A DNA stretch of 53,934 bases, filler included, from a bacterium (GCA_040757115.1; 11 parts of 11 records of this genome joined end to end with filler, not necessarily neighbours in it); one strand, 5' to 3'. Positions 31,762 through 42,560 are shown, numbered from the whole stretch's first letter. The notes: generated by a model not told the origin, from the letters alone. Translations and numbers: made by a program.

Positions 31762-32003
31762 AGGATTCGGGATTGGGGATTCGGGACTCGGGCTTCGGGA
31801 ATAAAAGAATCCCCGAACCCCGAAATCCGAATCCCGATTTTCAGGGGAAACGGACATGAGCCAGGGCTCACAAAGAGCAATGAAAATGGGAGAAGGACAA
31901 CCCCCTAACCCCCTTTATTAAGGGGGAATATGTGTTCTAAACCAGAGGATACGAGTCTGTGGATACTATACTAATTCGCTAATCTCTAATTCACTAATTC
32001 GCT
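31762..32003. repeat. Composite repeat block (GGGATTC hairpin, ATTTTCA...TGAAAAT unit, CCCCCTAA motif, CTAATTC heptamers)
   Basis: Each module recurs elsewhere in the window. Confidence 0.8.
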
Positions 32004-32103
32004 NNNNNNNNNNNNNNNNNNNNNNNNNNNNNNNNNNNNNNNNNNNNTTAATTAATTAANNNNNNNNNNNNNNNNNNNNNNNNNNNNNNNNNNNNNNNNN
32101 NNN

Positions 32104-32173
32104 CCCTGCGTTGCAGTTGACGGCGGGGGACTGTGCGGTGGTCAGAGTTTTGTGGTCTCTCAAAGTTTTGTCT
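32104..32173 (+). mobile_element. Truncated attC copy
   Basis: 70 bp identical to 32302-32371. Confidence 0.7.
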
Positions 32174-32295
32174 CGGTCAGGTCAGGGGTCACATCTTGAA
32201 TTGTGAATTAAGAAAAAAGGATATTTTAGGATCAACCGTGAATGAATAATTCGGTGAGGCAGAGGAAAAGGAAAAGACAGCGAATCAGGGCTTTT

Positions 32296-32427
32296 GTCTA
32301 ACCCTGCGTTGCAGTTGACGGCGGGGGACTGTGCGGTGGTCAGAGTTTTGTGGTCTCTCAAAGTTTTGTCTTGCTATCAAACTTTTGTGGTAATTCTCCC
32401 CGCCGCACCTGAACTTTGTCGTTAGGT
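32296..32427 (+). mobile_element. Integron attC site
   Basis: R'' GTCTAAC ... R' GTTAGGT; inner arms GCAGTTGACGGCGGGG / CCCCGCCGCACCTGAAC. Confidence 0.85.
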
Positions 32428-32452
32428 GGAGGATTGCAACTGGAGGTGTTCA

Positions 32453-32899
32453 GTGTCCAATACGCCTGCATTGCTTGTTACTAAAGATGCCGTTAAGCGT
32501 GATTCAGCACTCCAAACGGGGTCCCGCGGTGCCCGCAAACTGCTGGTCACCGATCTTTACGCTGCAAAGGAACGTGAATCAACAAGTGTCGAATGGTTGC
32601 CGCCAACTGAAGGCGAGAAGTGCCCTGTGCAGGTAATGGTTGATGCAGAGGTTGCGGTCTTCAATCAACGTGCAACTCAAGATCGCCACTACCACAAAAG
32701 AGGCACAGAAATTTACATGGTTCTTGAAGGCACAATGGTCATAAATGTTGGTGAACACGACTATTTGGTGTCGCATGGTGATATGATTGTGGTGAATCCC
32801 AATGCGATTCACGAGGTAAAACCCGAAGAAACTGAATTTCTTTGTTGTGTTGTTACGCTGAATTGCGGTGGTGCTTCGGATAAATTTGTTGTCACCTAA
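32453..32899 (+). CDS. Cupin-domain protein (integron cassette gene)
   Basis: HYHKRGTEIYMVLEG and GDMIVVNPNAIH motifs; GGAGG SD before GTG 32453; stop overlaps the attC R'' box. Confidence 0.85.
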   Translation: MSNTPALLVTKDAVKRDSALQTGSRGARKLLVTDLYAAKERESTSVEWLPPTEGEKCPVQVMVDAEVAVFNQRATQDRHYHKRGTEIYMVLEGTMVINVGEHDYLVSHGDMIVVNPNAIHEVKPEETEFLCCVVTLNCGGASDKFVVT

Positions 32900-33022
32900 C
32901 AAGCCGTTGCAGTTGACGGCGGGAATCTGTGGTTTTATGAATGTTTTTGGGGGTGTGGCAGGTTTTGGTGTATTGGACGTTTTTCGGCAAATCCCCGCCG
33001 CAACTGAACTTGGTCGTTATAC
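32894..33022 (+). mobile_element. Integron attC site
   Basis: R'' ACCTAAC ... R' GTTATAC; arms GCAGTTGACGGCGGG / CCCGCCGCAACTGAAC. Confidence 0.88.
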
Positions 33023-33087
33023 CTTGCCTACGCAGGGGAAAGGAGGAACATAAAGCAATATCGTAGCTCACCAATAGAAAAGTTAAA

Positions 33088-33756
33088 TAGGGCTTCACGA
33101 AATTAAATAAAGTGATTCAGTTCTCCAAACAGTTAGAGCTCCTACGGAGCTAAAAGAGATGTCCTATAAAAAGACAAAATTCAGCAGGGTAGAGTTACTC
33201 TGTTTGGAGAGAGAGAGCTTTCACGAAATTCAGAGGTTTAAAAAATTGCGACCTGTATGGTTAGAAATTACAAGCAATGCAACCGTTTCGGTGTAAAGAA
33301 GGGGAATAAGGAGATAAAGAAGGATATGGAGATGGAAAAATATCAAGAAAATTTACTTGTTGAGGCAGTAATTTAATGTATCATACCGTAATCTCCCTAT
33401 CCCCCTATCTCTCTATCTCCTTTTCTTACATCAACTAACGCTTGCGGATAATTCTCGAACTGCTAACCGTACAGGTCGAAAATTTTACCTATTACTTAAA
33501 ATTTGGGAAGTTAGAGATTAACACTAACTATCTCTTTTTGTTATTCAGGTGCATTCGTGTTCACCCCGTTAGATAGTAAAATATCTCACGGGGGTCATTC
33601 AAGATTATATATTCTCTCTGTGTTCTCTGTGACTCTGTGGCTATATATCCCTCAACGGTTACAATTTTCAGCCCTCAACCTTGAGCCTAATTACGGACCC
33701 GGATACTGGAGACGATTTACGAATTTTCAGTGTTTCATCTGTGGCTGAATAGTTAT
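33088..33756. mobile_element. Stack of miniature elements, including CGACCTGTATGGTTAG...CTAACCGTACAGGTCG (33249-33478) with a nested GCAACCGTT...AACGCTTGC element
   Basis: Recurring termini and hairpins (GAGCTCCTACGGAGCT; CCCCGTTAGA...TCTCACGGGG). Confidence 0.75.
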
Positions 33757-33761
33757 GTTTT

Positions 33762-34475
33762 TTATTTTTTAATTCCCAGCCAGAGGCAAAATAGAGGTTT
33801 TAGAATTCGCCACCAATCCCTGAAAGGTACCATCTTGGTCGTTCCTTTTTGGGGATATATTTTAGTCACCGGGACTTCTTTCCATTTATAACCACATTTA
33901 ATCACTTTGTAATAAAGATATGGTTCCAATTCATAACTATTGAGCCAATCCTGCCAGAGGTTTATTCGTTTGTCATTAAACAGGCTTGTCTTAAATGCTC
34001 GAAATCCATTGGTGCTTTCAGTTAATCTGGCTCCGACCAGAATGGAGAAAATTAGTGGATGAAGTTTCGTTGCCAGAATTCTATAAAAAGGCATATTACC
34101 GTAATAGCCACCTTTTAAAAATCGCGACCCCTGAATAAAATCATATCCTTCATTTATTATTGGGTCTATTAGCCTTGATATTTCTTGAGGATTATCCTTA
34201 TCATTTCCTGCCATAATCACAATTATATCATATTTATTTTCTATAGCATAATCAATGGCTGTTCTTATCCCTGCCCCTACCCCCTTTCGTTCTTTATGAG
34301 TTATCACGACTGCCTCTTCTGATTCTGCTTCCTTTCTGGTATTATCTGTTGAATAATCATCGACAACTAATATTAAATCAACCAGATTCTTTGGAATCTT
34401 TTTAACTACATTTCCAATTTTTCCTTCTTCATTAAAGGCAATTGGTGATGCTATAATCTTTAATTTATCCTTCAT
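33762..34475 (-). CDS. Glycosyltransferase family 2 (DPM-synthase-like)
   Basis: PIAFNEE, VVDDYSTDNT, GSRF and TNGFRAF motifs. Confidence 0.9.
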   Translation of the reverse strand: MKDKLKIIASPIAFNEEGKIGNVVKKIPKNLVDLILVVDDYSTDNTRKEAESEEAVVITHKERKGVGAGIRTAIDYAIENKYDIIVIMAGNDKDNPQEISRLIDPIINEGYDFIQGSRFLKGGYYGNMPFYRILATKLHPLIFSILVGARLTESTNGFRAFKTSLFNDKRINLWQDWLNSYELEPYLYYKVIKCGYKWKEVPVTKIYPQKGTTKMVPFRDWWRILKPLFCLWLGIKK

Positions 34476-34493
34476 AATAAATTTCCTCCTTTC

Positions 34494-35594
34494 TTACTGT
34501 CCAAACTCCTTTATGGAATTTACCACCATCTCTATTTGTTCCACAGTCAACTCAGGAAACATTGGTAGAGATAGAATCTCATTTGCATATTTTTCAGTAA
34601 TAGGAAATGTGCCTATTTTATATTCTAAATCTTCATAAGCCTTCTGAAGATGAATAGGTATAGGATAGTGAATACCTACAGAAATGCCTTTATCTGCGAG
34701 GTATTTTTGTAATTCATCTCTTTGTTTTGTTCTGATAACATAGAGATGATAGATATGTTTAGCATACGGAGCTTTTGTGGGTGTAATCACCTCTGTGCCA
34801 CCAAGCAATTCGGAATACTTCTGGGCATGCTGAATTCTCAGGTTATTCCATTTTTCAAGGTATTTCAGTTTAACCCGAAGAATAGCGGCTTGCATTGTAT
34901 CCAACCGACTATTAAATCCCTTGAATAGGTGATGATATTTGACCTTCTGTCCATAATCTCTAAGCATTTTTACTTTTTCAGCCAACTGTGCATTATTTGT
35001 TACTACCAGACCTCCATCACCATAAGCACCTAAGTTTTTACCCGGGTAAAAACTAAAGGCACCAATATCACCTATCGCACCTACTTTTCTTCCCTTATAT
35101 TCGGCTAAATGTGCCTGGCAGGCATCTTCAATAATCCAGAGATTGTATTTTTTAGCAAGATTAGTCAAACCATCCATATCTACCGGCTGTCCATACAAAT
35201 GAACTGGCATAATAGCCTTTGTTCTGCGTGTAATACATTCTTCAATCTTTGATAAATCTATGTTGTAGGTCAAAGAGTCTATATCGACAAGAACAGGTTT
35301 TGCTCCCGCCTGTGATACCGCTAATGGAGTAGCAATAAAGGTATTAGCCGGGAGAATCACTTCATCTCCTTTCTCTATGCCACATGCCAATAGGGCTAAA
35401 TGCAAGGCATCTGTGCCTGAAGCGACACCAATGCCATATTTAGCCTCACACAAACAAGCAAATTCTTCCTCAAAGAGTTTTACCTCCTCTCCTAAAATAA
35501 AATTAGCCTGCTCCATTACCCTTATTACGGCCTCTTTAACCTCTTGTTCAATTGATTGATACTGGGATTTAAGGTCAACAAACGGTATCTTCAT
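34494..35594 (-). CDS. DegT/DnrJ/EryC1/StrS sugar aminotransferase
   Basis: SGTDAL, EDACQAH and [15 protein letters not shown] motifs; start MKIPFVDL at 35594. Confidence 0.93.
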   Translation of the reverse strand: MKIPFVDLKSQYQSIEQEVKEAVIRVMEQANFILGEEVKLFEEEFACLCEAKYGIGVASGTDALHLALLACGIEKGDEVILPANTFIATPLAVSQAGAKPVLVDIDSLTYNIDLSKIEECITRRTKAIMPVHLYGQPVDMDGLTNLAKKYNLWIIEDACQAHLAEYKGRKVGAIGDIGAFSFYPGKNLGAYGDGGLVVTNNAQLAEKVKMLRDYGQKVKYHHLFKGFNSRLDTMQAAILRVKLKYLEKWNNLRIQHAQKYSELLGGTEVITPTKAPYAKHIYHLYVIRTKQRDELQKYLADKGISVGIHYPIPIHLQKAYEDLEYKIGTFPITEKYANEILSLPMFPELTVEQIEMVVNSIKEFGQ

Positions 35595-35599
35595 AATTT

Positions 35600-36102
35600 C
35601 TCCTAAAAATCGGGACTCGGGACTCGGGGTTCGGGACTCGGGAAGGCTGGTAGCCGCAGGCTTCAACCTGATTTCACCTGAACCATTAAACCATCAAACC
35701 ATCAAACCCATTTTCATCTTTCTTTGTGCCCACTCCCTGTGGGCATGAGCGTTTCTCCTGAAAATAGGAAGTAGAGAGTAGAAAGTAGAGAGTAGAAAGT
35801 AAAGAAAACATTACTCCTCACGCCTATCTCCTTACCTTCCACCTTCTATTTCCTACCACTATTTTCATCCTCCTTTGTGTCCACCCTGTGGACAGGGCCG
35901 TTTCTCCTGAAAATAGGAAGTAGAGAGTAGAAAGTAGAAAGTAAAGAAAATACCACTCCTCACGCTTATCTCCCTATCTCCCACCTTCTATCTCCTACCT
36001 ACTATTTTCATCGTCATTTGTGCCCTGCAGGGGCATAAACGTTTCTCCTATAAATTGAAGGAACCTTCGGGGTCAGACCTTGAAAACACAAGGTCTGACC
36101 CC
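35600..36102. repeat. Composite repeat array: three ATTTTCA...TGAAAAT units (35710, 35861, 36004) alternating with GTAGARA hairpins, plus a GGGGTCAGACC/GGTCTGACCCC palindrome
   Basis: Direct inspection. Confidence 0.85.
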
Positions 36103-36112
36103 ATTAATTGAC

Positions 36113-37089
36113 TTATGGCGTAAAATTGAAAGATTTGATGTCACTGATTAGATGGTCACCCGTAATGTAATCTAAAAACCTGCCGCCTACCTCATAATTC
36201 CCTGCTGGTTCACTACCACTAAAGGTGTAGCCAGAAATAAGAGAAACTGATGTATTCAGGTTAGCAGGTAAGGTGACAGAATAGAGATTAATTAGGCTTA
36301 TTAAGGTGTTATCCGGGAATTTCACCCAACATTTAGCATCTACTTTAACTTCCTCACTACCATTAGTTACGGTAGCGGTAGCATATAATTTATCGTTAGT
36401 CGTAAAGGTAGTATCATTTAAGGTGATGTTGATGTTGATATTTGGTCCCTCTGATGCTAACCGAATAAGATAGACATTATAGTTGCCTGCGCCGTAGGAC
36501 TCGGTAAATCCTGCGATGATATATCCGCCATCTGTGGTCTGCTGCACGGAATTGCCCATATCACCATTACTTCCGCCGTAAGTCTTAGCCCAGAGCTGAT
36601 TACCACTGCTATCTGTCTTGATAAGATAGACATCATTGGAGCCTGCACCGTAGGAGTTGGTCCATCCTGCGATGATATATCCGCCATCTGTGGTCTGCTG
36701 CACGGAATTGCCCATATCACCATTACTTCCGCCGTAAGTCTTAGCCCAGAGCTGATTACCACTGCTATCTGTCTTGATAAGATAGACATCNNNNNNNNNN
36801 NNNNNNNNNNNNNNNNNNNNNNNNNNNNNNNNNNNNNNNNNNNNNNNNNNNNNNNNNNNNNNNNNNNNNNNNNNNNNNNNNNNNNNNNNNATCCTGCGAT
36901 GATATATCCGCCATCTGTGGTCTGCTGCACGGAATAGCCCCTATCATCAGAACTTCCGCCGTAAGTCTTCTCCCAGAGTGTGTCTGGCTGAGATAGAGCA
37001 GGTGAATTAACTCCCAGGCATATCAGGATAGCTAATCCAAATTCAACCCACACTCTCTTTACTATTTCAACATAATTTATGTTTCTCAT
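36113..37089 (-). CDS. Secreted protein with 50-aa QQTTDGGYIIAG beta-propeller-like repeats and an Ig-like C-terminus; split by the N gap
   Basis: Signal peptide; 150-bp DNA repeats on both sides of gap 36791-36890. Confidence 0.75.
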
Positions 37090-37427
37090 AGCAATTTATC
37101 TCCTTTTTTGATTTTGGAATTTAGGCTTTAGCCTTTCACCCCCACTTTTTAAATTGGGAAATGGGAAATGAGAAGCAGGGAATTTTCTTTATTTACTTCC
37201 TATTTCACATTTCTTACTTCCTATTCCTGACCTGTCCTGAATCAAGTTCATGACCAGGAGAGGTTTTATCCGAGAGGCTTCTACCTTTTATGTCATAACA
37301 ATCACATCCTTGACCCTTCGGGGTCAGACATTGTGAACCTTCGGGGTCGGACATTGAAAACAGAATTTATTCTGTAACTCTTCAGTCACAGATGAACACG
37401 GATGAAAATGTAGAAGTGAAAAGTTAA

Positions 37428-37602
37428 AACGGAATTTCCCCTCTATTTAAATGCAAAAATTTAGCATAACCATTTGCTTTTCAATAAGATATAGCGATAT
37501 CTCTTTTTTTTAATTCCTATCTACAATTGAAAGGGGGATTTAATCCCTAATCCTTTATGATTAAACAATAACATCTTAATTAAATTTTGTCAAGCAGTTT
37601 TT
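37428..37602 (-). promoter_or_regulatory. Promoter plus conserved leader, copy 1
   Basis: TTGACA-17-TATTGT; highly similar to 42829-43003. Confidence 0.65.
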
Positions 37603-37640
37603 AAAAATAATGTAACTATTCACCACAGAGAATAATATGA

Positions 37641-38066
37641 TAAAGTGTCATGTTGCCCTGCAAAAGATTTTCTGGATAAGATATTAATTGTAACTGGTAA
37701 CTTATTCTTTTGAGACGCCTCGGTCCGTGAAAGAGTAATACTCGAGCAGAGAAAGAGACTCAAAGAATCAAAACGAAAGAATCAATGAGTGTGAACCTGC
37801 TGTTTTATAAAAAGTCAGGTTGCCATGTATAACAGAAAGTTACGGTTACCTTTTATATCTATCAAAGAACGAAAGGAGGAACAAGATTCATTTTCGTAAC
37901 CTGACATATCTTTAAGGACTTTTATTAAGGTTTTCTCTTTTCTCCAAAGGGGTTAACCACAGAAGTTGTCAATTTAACCCCTTTGCCTCTGCTTTAGAGA
38001 AAACCCGTGCTTAAGGAGTTTTTACAACCCTTAATTGAAAAAAATTAAAAAAAACTTGACACTTTA
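37641..38066. mobile_element. ORF-less structured segment bounded by TAAAGTGTCA / TGACACTTTA
   Basis: 10-bp IR; long internal hairpin at 37929-38005. Confidence 0.45.
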
Positions 38067-38173
38067 CATAACAGACCCGGAGAATGATTTTAGAAAAAGC
38101 ACTGACAGAGCAAATAATTAGGGCAGTAATATAGCAGTTATTATTCAAAATTTTACTTATAAATGCCGATAAG

Positions 38174-38318
38174 TATAGTAAGTATTAACCAAAACTTCAC
38201 ATTAGTATTGTTGATAGTTGATGGTTGATAGTCTATGAAACTATCAACTATAAACTATCAACTATAAACCCTGTTGCTATATCTGTTCTATGAGAAATTT
38301 TCGTTAATAATTACTATA
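38174..38318. mobile_element. TATAGTAAGTATTAACC MITE copy, next to a truncated TATAGCAGTTATTA end at 38130
   Basis: Matches 12925-13069. Confidence 0.88.
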
Positions 38319-38338
38319 TAATTTCGTGAAACCTTATA

Positions 38339-38980
38339 TTATTCAATCTGCTTTGTGATAAAGGGCAGAGATGATATATTATCTATAATGAAATCAGGAC
38401 ATAACGACTCCAACAATTCTCTGTTTCTGATTCCACTCAAAACAGCAATAGTTTTAATATTTAATTCTTTGCCCCCTAATATATCAACTTCTGTATCTCC
38501 CACAATAATAGAAGAAACCGGAATAAACTCCGGATAATTTTCTAATAATCTTTTTTTGGTATAAAGAGAACCTTCGTTATCTTTTTCGGTCAGAATAGCT
38601 TTAAAAAAATCGAGTATCTCAAAATCTCGAAGTTCGTCTATCAAGTTCTCATAAGAATTTCTAAGGGTAATTAAGAAAAGGGAATGGTTATTATAAAGGG
38701 TTTTCAGAACATCTGGCACCCAGGGCCACATAATATCGTATTTTAGAAATTCAGGCGTTTCAATCAACTGTTTCCATCGGTGAGCAGATATTTCTTGAGT
38801 TAGTTCTACTCCACTTTCCTTGAAAATTTCTTCGCTTGGCACACGATTTTTCTTCCTCTCCCAATATGTATCTTTTGGCAGAATATTAGGTGCCGTTTTC
38901 CCTAAAATATATCGATAAACCGCATAATACTTTTCAGATACATCAAGTATAGGACCATCAAGGTCTATATAAATATCCAA
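38339..38980 (-). CDS. HAD-family hydrolase
   Basis: DLDGP motif I; IVGDTEVD motif IV. Confidence 0.88.
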   Translation of the reverse strand: MDIYIDLDGPILDVSEKYYAVYRYILGKTAPNILPKDTYWERKKNRVPSEEIFKESGVELTQEISAHRWKQLIETPEFLKYDIMWPWVPDVLKTLYNNHSLFLITLRNSYENLIDELRDFEILDFFKAILTEKDNEGSLYTKKRLLENYPEFIPVSSIIVGDTEVDILGGKELNIKTIAVLSGIRNRELLESLCPDFIIDNISSLPFITKQIE

Positions 38981-38992
38981 TTTTATTCCCCA

Positions 38993-40084
38993 CTATTTCT
39001 GGAGATTATGTCTCCTTTTTTCTAATTCTTCTTTATATAGCCTTATAGTTTTTTCATCTGTTAGGACAGGAAGAAAATCCATACCTCTAATCCAGGCAAG
39101 TCCTGGGGTTAAGGGGTTTATTTTCTTTGGGATAAAAGAAGAAACATCTTCATCAAAAGCTAACTTTACAAAAATATAAGGCATATTTAGCCCACAAGAA
39201 GTGAAGAAATAATGCGTGGTAAAGAATCGACCAATATTGATTTCTGTAGGATTAGGAATACCATCTTTATCGTAGGTTAAATCAACTGAAAAGATTCCAT
39301 TTGGGTGGTTATCAACGGCCATTATGGTTTTTAAGGCTATTTCGTCCACAATCGGGTCAGAAACAGTTATTCCTGTTCCTGTAATTCCTGTAACACCAGA
39401 AGGGGCTCTATTACCCAGTTCCCAATACAGTCTTTTTCTACCCTGACCCACAATTAGTTCTCCATTTTTCCACAGAGACATCCAGGTAATGGAATCTGGT
39501 TTCAGGCATTCAGCCGCGGTAAAACTACCCCAACCATTACAGAAATCTATCCATGCCCTGGCGACATTGTAATTTTCTGCACGGAAACTTCCCATTCCAC
39601 CACCAGGGCTGAATGTCGCTCTAACCCAAACTGGAGTGCCAAATTTATCAACTGCGATTTTAAGGTCATCTTCGTTATTTATCCTCATTGTCTCTGGAAC
39701 TTTAAGTCCAGCTTCTTTCCACTTAAGATAAGAAGCGAATTTATCCTGACATAATTCTATGGTTTTATGCTCTGGCAAAAATACCCTGAGTTTATACTCA
39801 TCCCGGAGTTCCTTTCTTATCTTCGAGATAGCATAAATTTCCTGGTCTGGCTGTGAATAAATCAGCGCAGGTTTTGTTTCCTGAATAATCTCCTTTAAGA
39901 TAGGAAGATAATCATTATGAGTCGGATGGGGAACTAAATACTTTTCATTAGTTTCAGCCCGATGTAAGGAATATTCATTACAATCAACACCGATAAGATA
40001 GAAATTTTCACTGGAGACTCTCAGTGACCTGACAAAATTTGTGGAGGGTGTTCCCCCAGCACCAGTAATCAAAATTCTTTTCAT
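38993..40084 (-). CDS. ATP-grasp carboxylate--amine ligase
   Basis: ILITGAGG, CQDKF and TEINIGRF motifs. Confidence 0.8.
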   Translation of the reverse strand: MKRILITGAGGTPSTNFVRSLRVSSENFYLIGVDCNEYSLHRAETNEKYLVPHPTHNDYLPILKEIIQETKPALIYSQPDQEIYAISKIRKELRDEYKLRVFLPEHKTIELCQDKFASYLKWKEAGLKVPETMRINNEDDLKIAVDKFGTPVWVRATFSPGGGMGSFRAENYNVARAWIDFCNGWGSFTAAECLKPDSITWMSLWKNGELIVGQGRKRLYWELGNRAPSGVTGITGTGITVSDPIVDEIALKTIMAVDNHPNGIFSVDLTYDKDGIPNPTEINIGRFFTTHYFFTSCGLNMPYIFVKLAFDEDVSSFIPKKINPLTPGLAWIRGMDFLPVLTDEKTIRLYKEELEKRRHNLQK

Positions 40085-40107
40085 TTCTCCTCCTTATTTT
40101 TGCACAA

Positions 40108-40410
40108 GTAATGTCAAAAGTTTCAGTTTGATTTTTTCCCTAACTACTTGTATTTTTAATGAGTTTTAAGATACGGTTTTCTCTCTTTATAGCAGTAGGT
40201 CCTAAATAAATATTGCAGGACCTACCACCCTATGCTCTGAGAGAAAACCCCTACTCATAGAGACTCATCACAACTCTACGGTAGGTTAAAAGAGCAAAAC
40301 GGTAGATGATACTGGATCTATCGCTTAAAAAGAGAAAACCTCTCTTTAAAACTCATCATCTACCCTTTCATATTCATATTCTTAATCTTTCATATCCTAT
40401 TTGACACTAC
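40108..40410. mobile_element. ORF-less structured element bounded by GTAATGTCAAA / TTTGACACTAC
   Basis: 11-bp IR with one mismatch; several internal stems. Confidence 0.6.
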
Positions 40411-40447
40411 CATTAAGTATCATTTTTCTCTTTTTATTTAGTCCTTG

Positions 40448-41596
40448 TTATAAAAGACTTTTTCCTTTTTTAGGTTCTCTTGAATAATCCTTTATATCTC
40501 CAATCATTTCAAGCACATCATAAATATTATCTATTTTACCACCCATAATTATGGAAAAGTTCTTTATCCCGTAATCTTTCCTGAACAATATTGGTCTTCC
40601 ATCGTCTATTTCGTTCTTTATTAAAACAGTTTTAACCTCATATAGAGAATTTACGTATCGAACTCCCTTCATTAATGGAAGATATCTCTCTGCATCCTTG
40701 ACCATAAACGGAAAATGTGATTCCAAATTCACTTTCTTAAGATGAGCATGGCCGTCAATAAAATTATCAATGTCCTGCCAACTATAATGCGGTGTATATC
40801 TTACATGATGGAAAGAGTGCATATTTAATGAGGGGTATGGCATAATTGAAAAGAAAGGGCCATCCATAATTGTTATTCCAACATATTTAAGCTCCTCCGG
40901 CATCTCTAACAAGGGCATTTCTGTAACTTCATGCTTTAAAGGTAGTAAAGGAAGATAAGAATTGTGCAATAATTTATTAATTTGGGAATAGGTGCAATTA
41001 AAAACTTTTCTTGCTTGTAATTTAATATTGTTTTTTGTCAGAGATAAAATAATTTCATCATTCCCAACTTGTTCTACTTTGTCAACTTCCTCATTGTACC
41101 AAACAGTGATGCCAGCTTTTACAAGCCTTTGTTTTAAAATCTGTCGAAGCTTAGCGGCATCGAATGCTACCTCTTGAACAGAAAATACCTCTTCAATATT
41201 ATCCATATTAAAAAGTCTCCGCATTTTATCAGGGGCAATTTTGATTGGGGCTCCAATCCTTTTATATATTTCACTAAACTGATAGGCGTTAACTTTTGAC
41301 CATTTTCTGGCAATTGCATATATTTTTTCAAATTCATCATAAATACATCCCTTGAAATCCAGGATAAATCTCGGGAAATTTTTGAAGGACCTAATTGCAG
41401 TCAGCAGACTTCTTGGATAATGATATCCCCCATGAACCCTTGCTTGATTGATTGCCGACGCCCTCAATAAGAGATCAGGCTCTTTCTCAATAATAAGCGT
41501 GTTGGCACAAAAATTTCGGATAATGAGAGCGGTGCAACATCCATAAAATCCACCGCCGATAATAACCGCATCAAACTTTTTCAGATTAAATGACAT
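40448..41596 (-). CDS. FAD-dependent oxidoreductase (DAO-like)
   Basis: IIGGGFYG and ASAINQARVHGGYHYPRS motifs. Confidence 0.85.
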   Translation of the reverse strand: MSFNLKKFDAVIIGGGFYGCCTALIIRNFCANTLIIEKEPDLLLRASAINQARVHGGYHYPRSLLTAIRSFKNFPRFILDFKGCIYDEFEKIYAIARKWSKVNAYQFSEIYKRIGAPIKIAPDKMRRLFNMDNIEEVFSVQEVAFDAAKLRQILKQRLVKAGITVWYNEEVDKVEQVGNDEIILSLTKNNIKLQARKVFNCTYSQINKLLHNSYLPLLPLKHEVTEMPLLEMPEELKYVGITIMDGPFFSIMPYPSLNMHSFHHVRYTPHYSWQDIDNFIDGHAHLKKVNLESHFPFMVKDAERYLPLMKGVRYVNSLYEVKTVLIKNEIDDGRPILFRKDYGIKNFSIIMGGKIDNIYDVLEMIGDIKDYSREPKKGKSLL

Positions 41597-42560
41597 TTTT
41601 TCTATCAATATTCTCGGGAAACACTGAACTATTAGCTTCATCTGCCAAGAAATATATATCTCCCTTTTTAGTCTCTCTTAAAATACGGGCAACATATTCC
41701 CCTATAATCGCTAATATCAGAAACAGCAGGAAAAACATCGTAGCATTTACAAGTTGGGTTGAAATCCATCCTTGTGGAATGTATTTTTGGAAGAATACAA
41801 AACCCGTCAAGACGTAGAGAATTACAAACAAATTCATCATGCTTGCCAATAAGCCAATAAACGAAGCTATTCTTATTAATTTTTCGGAATTTGAAACAAT
41901 AACTTCTATTGCAAAGGCAAAGGCTTTAAAGTAATCTTCTTTCCTTTGATGACCAGAGCGGTTTATCCTTATATATGGTATGGTGGCGTGGCTAAAACCG
42001 ATTTCTAATAACAAATACTTAATATATCTACTTCTATCCTTAATCCTAACAATTGAGTTCACTGCCCTTCTACTCAAAACGATAAATTTCGAAAACCTGG
42101 GATTTACATTATAACCGGTCAAGAATTTACTTGCTTTAAAAAATGCCCAAGAAAATAATTTGTCTATAAAGGTTTTATCTCTCTCATCACTTTTTTCTGC
42201 AATTACAACATCATAACCGGATATTGACTTATCTATCAATTGCGGAATTAAAGACGGCGGGTCATAATTAACATCCATCAATACAATAAAATCCCCTATA
42301 CAATTATTTAATGCAGCTAAATATGTAACCTCATCATCATACTGTTTAGATAAAATTATCAACCTGATATTTTTTATTTCTTTCAGTATTTCCTTCACTC
42401 TTGAAACAGAGGCGTCCGTAGAGCCATTATCAATTAAAACTAATTCATAATTTGCATACGAGCTTTTAAGAACCTCTATCGTGTCTTTAATGTAAGATTC
42501 TATTATCTCAGCATTGTTATTGATGACCGTTGCTACTGAAATTAAGTTGTCTATATTCAT
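41586..42560 (-). CDS. GT2 polyprenol-phosphate glycosyltransferase-like protein (GtrB/ArnC type)
   Basis: LIDNGSTD; two C-terminal TM helices; IIGEYVARI. Confidence 0.82.
   Translation of the reverse strand: MNIDNLISVATVINNNAEIIESYIKDTIEVLKSSYANYELVLIDNGSTDASVSRVKEILKEIKNIRLIILSKQYDDEVTYLAALNNCIGDFIVLMDVNYDPPSLIPQLIDKSISGYDVVIAEKSDERDKTFIDKLFSWAFFKASKFLTGYNVNPRFSKFIVLSRRAVNSIVRIKDRSRYIKYLLLEIGFSHATIPYIRINRSGHQRKEDYFKAFAFAIEVIVSNSEKLIRIASFIGLLASMMNLFVILYVLTGFVFFQKYIPQGWISTQLVNATMFFLLFLILAIIGEYVARILRETKKGDIYFLADEANSSVFPENIDRKNVI

Noticed and set aside
1061-32103. Recurrent TTAATTAATTAA motif and gene neighbourhoods across it
   Set aside because: Artificial contig linker; adjacency across linkers has no biological meaning
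36457-37089. Programmed frameshift in the propeller-repeat gene
   Set aside because: The frame change coincides with a 100-N scaffold gap inside a 150-bp repeat
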